A stretch of 64,000 nt of DNA, taken from positions 212,278-276,277 of the IMG/VR virus record IMGVR_UViG_3300028887_000002, one strand, 5' to 3'. This document shows positions 19,445-28,809 of this stretch, piece after piece; positions within the stretch are counted from its first letter, which is position 1; each line of letters opens with the position of its first letter. The position numbers and the translations under genes were made by a program. The notes beneath the pieces were generated by a model. The model had not been told where the DNA came from, did not search any database, and saw only the letters and a list, made by a program, of their open reading frames with translations. The stretch is from a virus (lineage: Duplodnaviria > Heunggongvirae > Uroviricota > Caudoviricetes).

Positions 19445-21025
19445 TTGTATATGAACATTAAACATTTTATAATAACACGCTTCATGTCTGAACAATTTAA
19501 TCATAGTGATGAAGAATTGTTTAACGAAAGTTTTCTTATACAATCATATAATCTAATGAAAAATCATTTACTTCAAACACTTTCAATACAAACTAATAAA
19601 AATTTTGAATTAATAATTCTCATACATGATAGAGTCCCATTACAAAATGTAAAATTTTTGTACGAATTGGAAGAAAAATATAATTTTCCTATTACTATTA
19701 AAAGGAGTGGTGCTCTTAAAGAATACATTAACACTTTCAAAAATCAATATGATTTTGTCATAACAAGCCGAATTGATTATGATGACCATATTTATAAATG
19801 CGTGGTAGATGACACGCAAAAACGAATTGATAATAAGTATGCTGTGCAACTGTATGGCTTATTGAATGGTGTATCTATTATTGATAATAACACAGAAGCA
19901 CATTTTATGACTAAAAATTATAATAATCAAGGCTTTTTTTCAGTTTTTGAAACTCTTATATTGAACACACATAAAATAGACAAGTTATTTAGCATATATG
20001 ATTTAGGCAACCATACGAAAGTCTGTGAAACGATAAAGAAAAAATACCGTGAGTTTGATATTCCGAATATAAATGCAATTAAAATTGAATATGACAAATG
20101 TAAAGATATAAGGTATATTTGGATAAGGCATAAAAACTCACAGTCAGTGCTCATTAGCAATAAATATCATTGTACAAATAATATTATTAGAGGATTAAAT
20201 TTATCTGATTTTGGATACACGCCTAAACCGAGCGATAGCCTAGTATCTAACAACAATCAAGAGAAAAGTGTTAAAAGGTCTGATGTGCAAATATTTGTAT
20301 TGTGTTATAAAAAAGTGAACCATAACATACCAGACAATTCTTTATATACACCGTTACAATGCGGAGCAAGCGTATTCGCCAATACTGATTTATGTAAACT
20401 TAAAGATAACTGCGGAGACAATATATCGGAAAGAAATGAATTTTATGCTGAAGTAACTGGAACATATTTCTTATGGAAAAATAAGAGTAAAGACTATAAA
20501 TACATTGGCCAGACACAATACCGAAGACAACTCATACTTGATGAAAGTACTGATTTTGATGAAATTTTTAAAAAATATGATGTAATATTACCAAAGAGAC
20601 TATCTTTTCAAAATATGACGGTTTTTGAACAATATGCTCTACATCATAATCATAAAGATTTGGAATTAATGTGGAAAATTATTACAAATAAATTTCCTGA
20701 GTATTCCAATGATTTTAAAACTTATATATTGGAAGGTAATGAATTGTTTGCCCATTCGGGTTTAATTATGAGAAGCGAAGATTTTGACAAATATTGTAAA
20801 TTTCTTTTTACTTGCATAAATGAACATTCAAAAATTTGTGGTATTAAAAATGTTAATGATATGAGGAAGTACATACTAAAAAATTTTCCTAAAGGTAGAC
20901 AAAAGGTTGAAAGGCAAAAATTCTTGTATGGATTTTTAGCGGAGAGATTGTTAACATTATTTATATTTCACAATTTCAAAAATATAATGGAAATGAATTA
21001 CACTTTTTATGACGTGAAAAAATGA
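19445..21025 (+). CDS. two-domain glycosyltransferase-like protein (N-terminal rhamnosyltransferase-like HFIITRF region, C-terminal DUF4422-like region)
   Basis: N-terminus KHFIITRF resembles the putative rhamnosyl transferase family start. The C-terminal half (LQCGA...YAEVTGTYFLWKN) resembles capsule-associated DUF4422. Very low GC. Confidence 0.45.
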   Translation: MYMNIKHFIITRFMSEQFNHSDEELFNESFLIQSYNLMKNHLLQTLSIQTNKNFELIILIHDRVPLQNVKFLYELEEKYNFPITIKRSGALKEYINTFKNQYDFVITSRIDYDDHIYKCVVDDTQKRIDNKYAVQLYGLLNGVSIIDNNTEAHFMTKNYNNQGFFSVFETLILNTHKIDKLFSIYDLGNHTKVCETIKKKYREFDIPNINAIKIEYDKCKDIRYIWIRHKNSQSVLISNKYHCTNNIIRGLNLSDFGYTPKPSDSLVSNNNQEKSVKRSDVQIFVLCYKKVNHNIPDNSLYTPLQCGASVFANTDLCKLKDNCGDNISERNEFYAEVTGTYFLWKNKSKDYKYIGQTQYRRQLILDESTDFDEIFKKYDVILPKRLSFQNMTVFEQYALHHNHKDLELMWKIITNKFPEYSNDFKTYILEGNELFAHSGLIMRSEDFDKYCKFLFTCINEHSKICGIKNVNDMRKYILKNFPKGRQKVERQKFLYGFLAERLLTLFIFHNFKNIMEMNYTFYDVKK

Positions 21026-21191
21026 TTAAAATATATCATCTTACACAGCATTCCTGCCACGACTATAATATGTTTCATAAACATCGTCGTTCAGACCGTA
21101 GTCGACCATTACACCAAGAACATAATAAAAACCAAGGCAGTTGCAAAACTAATTTTGGATAAGAAGTTGGTTTAAATATAGAATAGTATGT

Positions 21192-21956
21192 CTAGAATAG
21201 ATATTCGTTCTCACTATGGATAGTATTCGCATCCCGTACACTTCCCCAGACCATAAGGTCTCTAAGTTCTGGCGGATTGCCGTAGAAGATGACCCTGTTG
21301 TTCTTTTTGTCCTCAACATATCTGCAATAGCAATCTTCGGCATTGTCCATCAACCTATATAAGTCGAACCTATAGCCGTCCCTTAATTTAGGTTTCACTT
21401 CGTTTCCACTTTCACTGTTGACAAACTTCACCTTCACATCGTCAACCATAATGCTTTCGGTCAACAGTTGTTTCCAAGTTGTTTTCTTATGGGTATCTTC
21501 GTAGAGCATTCTGATTACATTCTCGTCAAGGTTTACCTTCTTGTGCATATGTTTTGAAGGTGCGTCCACAATGTCCTTCTGGCACTTTTCAGTCCAGTTT
21601 CTGAACAGTATGTTGCCGTCCTTGTAGGCTTCCTCCTCAAACGGAACGAGGTTGCTGTCCTCGCTGGTCTTGTCGGACGAAAATCTGCCCATATCGAGCC
21701 TGTTCTCAAGGTTCTGGCAGTGATGTATCATCTCGTGTGCAAAACTCCTTAAAACGTCCTTAGGATGCCTGTCCCTGATGAACAGGACAATCGTATAGAT
21801 GTCGGGTCTGTAGTACCCTGTGCGTATGAATACGCCGTCCTGCTTCCTGTTGGTGAGTTTTACCTTCGGGAAGGGCTTGCAGGTTATGTTGTCGGCTATG
21901 AAGTTGGCCAACGACTTGATGTATGGTATGTAGTTGAAATGCTTCTTGGTTTTCAT
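21192..21956 (-). CDS. putative zinc metallopeptidase (HExxH: FAHEMIHHCQ), SprT/ImmA-like
   Basis: Single HExxH motif in a 254-aa ORF. Confidence 0.4.
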   Translation of the reverse strand: MKTKKHFNYIPYIKSLANFIADNITCKPFPKVKLTNRKQDGVFIRTGYYRPDIYTIVLFIRDRHPKDVLRSFAHEMIHHCQNLENRLDMGRFSSDKTSEDSNLVPFEEEAYKDGNILFRNWTEKCQKDIVDAPSKHMHKKVNLDENVIRMLYEDTHKKTTWKQLLTESIMVDDVKVKFVNSESGNEVKPKLRDGYRFDLYRLMDNAEDCYCRYVEDKKNNRVIFYGNPPELRDLMVWGSVRDANTIHSENEYLF

Positions 21957-22216
21957 TACTTCAACAATTTGCTTCTAATCTGACGCATTACTGATTCGGT
22001 TATCTGGTCAACATATCTGTCAACGCTTTCGTCCTTTGAGGATTTTACTCGTTCGGGAAGTCCTTTGTCTTTGGTTTTTGCAAACTTGCGTACTTCTTTC
22101 CTTGTCATTGAGTCTGCGGCTTTCTTTACCTCTGGACTTGCATTATCCAGTTCGCCCTTCTTGTAGGCATCAACTAACCTGAAAAAGCGGGCCTGTTTCT
22201 TACTCTTCGCTGGCAT
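21956..22216 (-). CDS. small lysine-rich hypothetical protein (86 aa)
   Basis: ORF whose start overlaps the downstream gene by 1 nt. Confidence 0.45.
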   Translation of the reverse strand: MPAKSKKQARFFRLVDAYKKGELDNASPEVKKAADSMTRKEVRKFAKTKDKGLPERVKSSKDESVDRYVDQITESVMRQIRSKLLK

Positions 22217-22233
22217 TGGTTTAAATATTTATA

Positions 22234-24363
22234 TTAGTTATTATATTCATCTTCGACTTCTTCTTCACCAAAACCATAATATTCGTCTTCCACCTCAACT
22301 GGTCTGAAATGCCCATATTCATCCTTTACGTATTCATTGTAGTCCTCATCACGATACAACGGTTCGTCATCCTCACGGTTCATCATCTCCCAACCATGTG
22401 GAACTCTAGTGTTATGGGGTTCAAACCATTCGTTAGGACGATGTTCCTCATCTGACGGATATTCAATATCACCTCTCTGGTTCATCTGTATTTCAAAATT
22501 ACCAAGCCCATACATTTCATTGATTACTCGCTTGACACCGTTTGAGATAACCCTCTTCAACTGGGATTCTGTTAGTCTTATAGTTCTCTTTGTCATATTA
22601 TTATAATTTTTGTTATAATTATTTTCGTTAATTCTGCGATTATATAATGAGTTAGGATTCTTTTTTTCAAGTTCTTGAATCTTCAGATTTATAACGTCCT
22701 GTTTACGAACCAATTCATTCGGGAGATTTCTCAATATTTCATCCCTCTTGGCATTGGCTTCAGCAAGCGCGTCGTTTAGTAACTGTTCGTTCTTCGGTTC
22801 CGCAGTCCATTTGTCCACAAACCAATCTGACCACTCGTCATGCATTGCCCCGCACTCATTATAGACTCGTGTGTAGGGATATTCGTGGTTTCTGAAGATT
22901 TCAACCAAACAGTCATTTCCTGTTTTATATGCGTTTCCCAAATCAGTGTTCACATTCACAATATTCTTTACCAAAAAATCATCTATTTCACTTTGGATTT
23001 TCAAATATTCAGACCTTAATAAGTCTTTTTCTTTCACATATTCTTCAAACGCAATCTGTTCGGGACTTACATAATCATTGAAATATTCAGCGACTGTTTC
23101 AGGGGAATAATAGTTCGTCCTATTCCCATACATACTGGTGTGATGCCATTCATCGGGGGTTATGTTCGGCAGTTCCCTTTTGATTCGTGCAACCGAAACC
23201 TTCACACTGCCGTTATTTTGTTTGATTAGATTATTCACCTCCTCAGCAAATTCTCTTCCAATCTGCGACTTGTTTCTCAGCCCACGGCTTTCAGCATCAA
23301 CAGCCCTTCGGCTTTTTGAATAGCCGACATAACCGCTGTTACCACCGAAGTATCTCCTTCCTTCATTCACATCATAGAACACCTCGTCGTTCCGTAGCAG
23401 TTCCAACGAAGCCTTTTCCATCTCGGAAGGTTCCCTTGGCGGAAAGTCTCTCTTAGGTATTGTGAACCCAGGTTCCTTGCGTTCGTAGTCATCCTTCGGT
23501 TTAGGTCTCAAATCAGACAAAATGTGATTTATCCTTTCACGGTTTCTAGTGAAGAGATTTCTAACCAAGAGTTTGTTATACAGTGGTTTTCCATTGACCT
23601 CTATTGTATAGGCTTTATTACCAAACACATCGAGCGCACTACAGATTGCGTTGGCTTCATAGGTGTTAATCTTGTCGTCCCTCATCACTGACCTTAATAT
23701 TGTTATGACTCCAGTATAAAACGTGTATTTATTTTCGCCATCCAACGATTTCTTAACCTCGTTCACGCTTTCAACGGTGTCAATCCTTATAAACTTTTCG
23801 TTAAGTTTCTTAACATTGAATATGACATATATATCATCTTCCCTATAACCATCATAACCCAGTTTCAACAGCATATCGGCAATGAACGGAATATAGTTGC
23901 TTGGGACGTGGCTATACCATAACTCCCTCATACTTGAAGGCTTTTTCCACTTGACAATATCAATTATGCGTTCAGTTATGCTGTCGCAAACAATGCTCTT
24001 GTAGAAATCATTTGTTTTGTTGATTTCCGTCTCGTACATATCATAGTCACGGTTGTTCCTTACTTCGCTTTGCTTGTTTCGAAGCCATTGTAGGTCATCT
24101 TCCGCATTGATAACGTCTTTAAAAACCTCTGTTGGGTTTGCGTTGGTACTGACAAAGTTAAACTCATCAGCCTTTACCGCATAGAACTTCGTGCCGTAGT
24201 CCAGCGCCTTTGACGGACGTGACGTGAAATAGAAGCCGTAGCCCTCACCAGCCCTAAACCCACCTTTTATGAAGGATGAATCGAACTTATCTATGTCTAG
24301 GTTCGTGCCGTGTACAATATAACCATTTCCAATATATTCAGCAATGAGTTTAAACAAGTCCAT
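22234..24363 (-). CDS. 709-aa multidomain protein: N-terminal PARP-like (H-Y-E class) ADP-ribosyltransferase-like domain, Asn-rich linker, C-terminal 120-aa module (22234..22596) starting MTKRTIRLTESQLKRVI that is homologous to the CTS-like family
   Basis: YIVHGTNLDIDKFDSSFIKGGFRAGEGYGFYFTSRPSKALDY matches the PARP signature HG[ST]...I...GF...G.GIYFA..SKS..Y. The C-terminal module aligns with the N-termini of the 38156..38800 and 48840..49190 proteins and has an acidic, aromatic-rich tail. Confidence 0.5.
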   Translation of the reverse strand: MDLFKLIAEYIGNGYIVHGTNLDIDKFDSSFIKGGFRAGEGYGFYFTSRPSKALDYGTKFYAVKADEFNFVSTNANPTEVFKDVINAEDDLQWLRNKQSEVRNNRDYDMYETEINKTNDFYKSIVCDSITERIIDIVKWKKPSSMRELWYSHVPSNYIPFIADMLLKLGYDGYREDDIYVIFNVKKLNEKFIRIDTVESVNEVKKSLDGENKYTFYTGVITILRSVMRDDKINTYEANAICSALDVFGNKAYTIEVNGKPLYNKLLVRNLFTRNRERINHILSDLRPKPKDDYERKEPGFTIPKRDFPPREPSEMEKASLELLRNDEVFYDVNEGRRYFGGNSGYVGYSKSRRAVDAESRGLRNKSQIGREFAEEVNNLIKQNNGSVKVSVARIKRELPNITPDEWHHTSMYGNRTNYYSPETVAEYFNDYVSPEQIAFEEYVKEKDLLRSEYLKIQSEIDDFLVKNIVNVNTDLGNAYKTGNDCLVEIFRNHEYPYTRVYNECGAMHDEWSDWFVDKWTAEPKNEQLLNDALAEANAKRDEILRNLPNELVRKQDVINLKIQELEKKNPNSLYNRRINENNYNKNYNNMTKRTIRLTESQLKRVISNGVKRVINEMYGLGNFEIQMNQRGDIEYPSDEEHRPNEWFEPHNTRVPHGWEMMNREDDEPLYRDEDYNEYVKDEYGHFRPVEVEDEYYGFGEEEVEDEYNN

Positions 24364-24389
24364 AATAAATGAAAATATTTTCTAATAAA

Positions 24390-24425
24390 TATTTGGTGTA
24401 TTGAAAAATAACAATTATTTTTGCC
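24390..24425 (+). promoter_or_regulatory. Bacteroidota-type promoter (TTTG 24393..24396, TATTTTTG 24416..24423); second copy of the conserved divergent promoter block
   Basis: Same architecture and about 80% identity to 3575..3615. It drives the small ORF at 24457 and, by read-through, tnpB. Confidence 0.6.
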
Positions 24426-24456
24426 ACGATTTTTGAAAGAAAAATATAAAAACAAA

Positions 24457-24592
24457 TGGCTGACACGAAACTGACTATAGAAGAGATAGAAGTAGCACTT
24501 GCGGAGTCAAGGGATTTCAGTTATCTGAAGAACCTTATGGTATTCAATGTCTATGGATTATTGAAAAAATTTAAAAAGTTACCTATTTTTTA
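24457..24592 (+). CDS. small ORF (44 aa, MADTKLTIEEIEVALAESRDFSYLKNL...) immediately downstream of the promoter and ending at the IS junction
   Basis: Open frame ending 14 nt before the GC-rich IS. Its C-terminus may have been altered by the insertion. Confidence 0.35.
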
Positions 24593-24605
24593 ATAAAAGA
24601 AAAAA

Positions 24606-25950
24606 ACTTGATACGCAACTACACATACCGCCTCTACTCCTCCAAGCACCACAAGGCTTTGGCGAGCCTCATCACGACGGCAAACCACACGTGGAACCAT
24701 ATCGTCGCCCTGTGCCACAGGTACTACCGCCGATACGGGAAGTCCGTGTCGGAGGGACAACTGAAGCGCCACATGGCGAAGATGGCGAAGAGGGACAGGT
24801 ATATGTCAAAGTTGCACTCACAGTCGCTCCAGGCAATATGTGAACGGTACGAGGACGCGCTGAAACAAGCCTTCAAGATAAAGGGTCGTGGATTGCCCCA
24901 CGCCCGAAGGATGTTCGGGAAAGGCTCGGTGCTGTTCAAGGGCAACGGTGGGTATGTCCTTGAAGCCGTAGGCAACAAGGGCGTACTGCGCATAAACAAA
25001 CTGGGGAAAAACTGGAAGTTCCGCTTCAAACTAACACGTCAGTGGGGCGAGGTAAGGAACGTCACGGTAAAAAGGGATGAAGACGGCTACTACTACCTGA
25101 CGGTATGCTGCAACGTCCCCGACGAACATCTCGAAAGGGAAGGTTACGCCTCCATCGGGATGGACTTCGGGATGAAGACGTTCCTCACGCTGTCGGACGG
25201 CACTGCCGTGCAGATTCCCGACTACCACAGGAAGGCGCTTGCCGAACTGAAGGCTGCCGACAGGTCGCTGTCGCACAAGCGCAACGCAAAGGTCTATGGT
25301 TCATCATACCGCAGGGCGAAACACCACAGGCAGGTCGCCTATGCCAAGGTCACCAACAGGCGGTCGGACTTCCACTGGAAACTCGCGCACGAACTGTGCA
25401 GGAAGTACAGTTTCATCGCCATCGAGGACTTGAACATGAAGTCCATGCAGATGCACAGGAACTGGGGAAGGAAGGTCTCTTCCCTTGGGTACTCGGAGTT
25501 TGTAATGAAACTCATGGTCGTTGCAGAGAAGTACGGTACGGTCGTCCACAAGATTGACCGCTGGTATGCATCCAGCCAGACTTGCAGCAAGTGCGGGTAT
25601 GTGTACAAGGGAACGAAAGACCTTAAAGTCCGCGAGTGGACTTGTCCTGTCTGCGGTACCGTCCACGACAGGGACGTGAACGCGGCTATTAACATATTGA
25701 ATGTCGCCTTAAACGACATAAGCGGGAAGGGCGTTTCCCGCGTCGGGAGCAATAGTAAGACCCCCAAGGGGCAACCCTCGGAGGCAGTTGCGCACGGGTC
25801 TTGCGACCCCGCTACCGACCAAGAATCCCACTCACTTTGATTTGTTTTCAACAGTGGTGGGAGTACGTCAATGGGCTTCAATTGAAGCACCATATCCCAA
25901 GAAACTGTTCCTTGAACAGCAACTGGAACTTGCACGGCTCGGCAGTATGA
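24606..25950 (+). mobile_element. IS200/IS605-family tnpB-only (IS1341-like) element, GC-rich insertion
   Basis: A block of roughly 55-60% GC with abrupt boundaries in ~35% GC DNA. It contains an intact tnpB plus about 105 nt of GC-rich 3' region with a perfect 14-nt palindrome (GCTTCAATTGAAGC) consistent with a right end / omega-RNA scaffold. Confidence 0.7.
24608..25840 (+). CDS. tnpB: TnpB (OrfB) RNA-guided RuvC-like nuclease, apparent TTG start
   Basis: N-terminal YTYRLY resembles the TnpB start. RuvC-I is GMDFG, RuvC-II is AIEDLN, the zinc finger is CSKCG...CPVCG and RuvC-III is DRDVNAAINI. Confidence 0.85.
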   Translation: MIRNYTYRLYSSKHHKALASLITTANHTWNHIVALCHRYYRRYGKSVSEGQLKRHMAKMAKRDRYMSKLHSQSLQAICERYEDALKQAFKIKGRGLPHARRMFGKGSVLFKGNGGYVLEAVGNKGVLRINKLGKNWKFRFKLTRQWGEVRNVTVKRDEDGYYYLTVCCNVPDEHLEREGYASIGMDFGMKTFLTLSDGTAVQIPDYHRKALAELKAADRSLSHKRNAKVYGSSYRRAKHHRQVAYAKVTNRRSDFHWKLAHELCRKYSFIAIEDLNMKSMQMHRNWGRKVSSLGYSEFVMKLMVVAEKYGTVVHKIDRWYASSQTCSKCGYVYKGTKDLKVREWTCPVCGTVHDRDVNAAINILNVALNDISGKGVSRVGSNSKTPKGQPSEAVAHGSCDPATDQESHSL

Positions 25951-25995
25951 GAGTGGTGGTAGCAAAAAAAAAGATTAATAAAAAACAAAGAACAA

Positions 25996-26633
25996 TGATA
26001 GACGATTTAACATTACAGCCAGCAGGTGAGGTCATTGACAACTTTGAACTCATCAAGCCAATCCTTGAGTTCAACAGTGAGGACGACTTCTATTTTGTGC
26101 AGATATTGGAACGGAAGAAGGAACATCCCGAACTCGGTTCAAATTCAAGAGTGTTGAAAACATATTATATCAAGAACATAGGGCATCTCAACTACCTTTA
26201 TGATGAGATACGGACATTGTGCATAGTCTTCAATGCCCGTGCCTATATCCATCCGACTAAGCGTTCGTTCGAGAGGATAACCTATCAGACCTTGAAGATG
26301 GTGACGGACTATATTATCCAGCCCGATTTTTCACATGCCCACAGGTCTTGGGATTCTGCTTGTGGCAAATACGCCACGGGCAACGGCAAGAGATGGATTG
26401 TAGATGTTGACAACGGCTGTTGCGAGGATGACGAGGAAACCCTACGAAACTTTATAAACGGCATATTCCCTGCAACGGACGACAGGATATTGCTTAAGGT
26501 TCCCACCAAGAACGGCTATCATCTAATCACAAAGCCGTTCAATCTGATGGAGTTCAAGAAGCAATATCCCAACATTGACGTTCACAAGAATAATCCGACA
26601 TTGCTGTTTGCTGTGAAAAAATTTGACAAATAA
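25996..26633 (+). CDS. hypothetical protein (start probably MIDDLTLQ at 25996, or MRVVV at 25947)
   Basis: AT-rich ORF resuming just after the IS right boundary. The 5' part of the track ORF (25788..) lies in IS DNA and is not native. Confidence 0.5.
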
Positions 26634-26650
26634 TAAAAAACTAACGAAAC

Positions 26651-27037
26651 ATGTGTTTAAAGAAGAAAAATTTTGTTGCTGACGCACTGCTTAATGTTGT
26701 GAAAACAAACAACACATTAAGTTATATAACAAATGGTTTTATCAAAATTGAAAAAACATTAAATACCATAACATCGCCATTACATCTATCGGTGATAGAT
26801 AACTACATCCAAATATATGAAACAGTTGCAAATTCTAAAATTAATTCCATTGGCGATGAAGATACAAGAGATTGGCTTCAGGAAGTTCTTGTCAGACGGC
26901 TTAACGCTTTGGAGAAACTTCAAGACAAAATAATTACTGATATGGCAACATATGCCAAAATAGGCACCGAAAGGATTAACAAGGAAATTGAACACGAGAA
27001 TCATTGGCGTGAAAACAACAAAAAAAATGAAAAATAA
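26651..27037 (+). CDS. hypothetical protein (128 aa)
   Basis: ORF. Confidence 0.5.
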   Translation: MCLKKKNFVADALLNVVKTNNTLSYITNGFIKIEKTLNTITSPLHLSVIDNYIQIYETVANSKINSIGDEDTRDWLQEVLVRRLNALEKLQDKIITDMATYAKIGTERINKEIEHENHWRENNKKNEK

Positions 27038-27070
27038 TTTGGTAGTTTCAAAATAACCGATTATATTTGC
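27035..27070 (+). promoter_or_regulatory. Bacteroidota-type promoter (TTTG 27037..27040, TATATTTG 27061..27068)
   Basis: Matches the consensus with 20-nt spacing. Upstream of the gene at 27098. Confidence 0.55.
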
Positions 27071-27097
27071 AAATATTAACTTTAAAACTTTACGACT

Positions 27098-27727
27098 ATG
27101 GGAGGAAACAAACATTGGATTTGTGAAACAATGGACGAAAAGGATGCAAGAGAATTGGCGGAAGATTGGGTAAAAAGTGGCGGACAGGTTCGTGAAGACG
27201 GCCCGCACGGTGGAAACAATACTGACCATTTACACTTGTTCTTGGACAATGACAAGAACAACGACGTTGTACTCAACTACACTCGTGGCACAGGCTACGA
27301 AGGAGAAGAAGACCACAGCGGAAGCAGTGACTCTTCGAGTTCAAACGACGATTACGACTGGCCTGACGACAACAGCGACAGTAGTAGTTCGGATGACGGC
27401 GGTTGCTTTATCACCACTGCGGTTTGCGGTTCATTGGGAAAACCCGACAACTGTGAGGAACTGACTTTGTTCAGACGTTTCCGCGACACATATATGCAAC
27501 AGACTGTTGACATGCGTTCGGATATCGCTGAATACTACGAGGTAGCACCAAAGATATGCACCGCCATTGATGCGCTTGGAAAGCAAAAGGTTGACAAGGT
27601 CTACGGACAGATATGGAACGAGATGCTTAAGCCGACCTTTAATGCGTTGAAGAAGGGAGAAATGGACAAGACGTATCGCCTTTATAAGGGAATGGTTATG
27701 ACATTGAAGAAAAAATATTTAAAATAG
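27098..27727 (+). CDS. hypothetical protein with Ser/Asp-rich low-complexity tract and GGCFITTAVCGS motif
   Basis: ORF. The motif is not confidently assignable to a known family. Confidence 0.5.
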   Translation: MGGNKHWICETMDEKDARELAEDWVKSGGQVREDGPHGGNNTDHLHLFLDNDKNNDVVLNYTRGTGYEGEEDHSGSSDSSSSNDDYDWPDDNSDSSSSDDGGCFITTAVCGSLGKPDNCEELTLFRRFRDTYMQQTVDMRSDIAEYYEVAPKICTAIDALGKQKVDKVYGQIWNEMLKPTFNALKKGEMDKTYRLYKGMVMTLKKKYLK

Positions 27728-27742
27728 TAAATTAGAAAAATC

Positions 27743-28204
27743 ATGAAGAAACAATCGGTAGAGTACAGAGTGAGGCAGGAAGACCTCCTCAGAGCAGAAT
27801 ATCGCGGGATAATAGAATATTCAAAATTACATTTGGTTGCACGAAAAGGTGAACCAGTTAGAACCTACGAAGACCGAAAGAACTGGCTGGGCAACGTGAA
27901 GGAAGTTTGTATTATTTCAGAAACTGAAACATATCAAGAGGATATGTATGTTACTGACTGGACTAACAGCCGTCGGGAAAGGGAAAAATATGAAAGCATG
28001 AATCCCATAAGTGCATGGATAATGGAAGATATGAAATGCTTCATAGAAGATAATATTATCTATTTTAAGCCATATGTGACGTTATATTTCAAAGAAGATT
28101 GTGGGAATGACATTACTATACCTTTTAACAAGGAAGAAGAAGCCCTTGAGTATCTTGACAGCCTGAAGGAAGAATTGCCCATGCTGGTGGTTGTGAAGGA
28201 ATAA
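27743..28204 (+). CDS. hypothetical protein (153 aa)
   Basis: ORF. Confidence 0.5.
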   Translation: MKKQSVEYRVRQEDLLRAEYRGIIEYSKLHLVARKGEPVRTYEDRKNWLGNVKEVCIISETETYQEDMYVTDWTNSRREREKYESMNPISAWIMEDMKCFIEDNIIYFKPYVTLYFKEDCGNDITIPFNKEEEALEYLDSLKEELPMLVVVKE

Positions 28205-28223
28205 CAAAAAATTAGTTAATATC

Positions 28224-28796
28224 ATGGAAATACTAGTTAAAGAATTTTGTGATGGTTACGGACGGAATGTCAAAATCCCATCAGATGTTCTTTCCAAGGC
28301 GATTGAACGTTATAAAACTGAAACTAACAAATTGGAGAATAGTTTTGGTTGTTTGTTAGAATACAGAAAACTTCCATTACAAATGTCGGTTTCTGATATT
28401 AGTCATAAAATATCATCAATTGAACAAAACGGAGATAATAGTCTAATATGTAAGATTGAGACATTCAAATCGCCTCTCAATGTTTTGGATGAAATATTAG
28501 AAAACGAACCCGAAACACTTATGCCAGTAGTAAGCGGTTGGAAGGATGAAAATGGTGAATATAATATTCATTCAATAAATTTCGTACCAAATGTCACGGA
28601 AAATCAATTTGATTGCAAATACCAAGGCAGACTGGTCAATCAGGGAATGACATTATGCTTTGCTGATGAGGATGTCAACTTCCCGAACTGTTCGGAGGAT
28701 TGTCCTAAATATAAAAAGTACGAACCAAAAGAACCTAAATACACTACGGATGAGAATGGCAATGTAGTAATTGACTTGGTTGACGAAAATAATTAA
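28224..28796 (+). CDS. hypothetical protein (190 aa)
   Basis: ORF. Confidence 0.5.
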   Translation: MEILVKEFCDGYGRNVKIPSDVLSKAIERYKTETNKLENSFGCLLEYRKLPLQMSVSDISHKISSIEQNGDNSLICKIETFKSPLNVLDEILENEPETLMPVVSGWKDENGEYNIHSINFVPNVTENQFDCKYQGRLVNQGMTLCFADEDVNFPNCSEDCPKYKKYEPKEPKYTTDENGNVVIDLVDENN

Positions 28797-28809
28797 AAAA
28801 AGTGAATTA

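Noticed and set aside
25031-25965. Several 80-208 aa ORFs on both strands inside the first IS (25339..25965, 25304..25666, 25105..25557, 25031..25276)
   Set aside because: They are GC-rich open frames overlapping the clearly real tnpB. High GC suppresses stops in alternative frames.
24457-26633. Idea that the small ORF at 24457 and the gene at 25996 are two halves of one gene split by the IS
   Set aside because: The small ORF ends with a genuine stop 14 nt before the IS, and the downstream gene has its own ATG in a different context. The insertion is more simply intergenic.
27098-27727. Assigning the GGCFITTAVCGS motif to a Hint/intein or sortase-type signal
   Set aside because: The pattern does not fit intein block A (C-x-x-x-D/G-T) or known sorting signals well enough to support a call.
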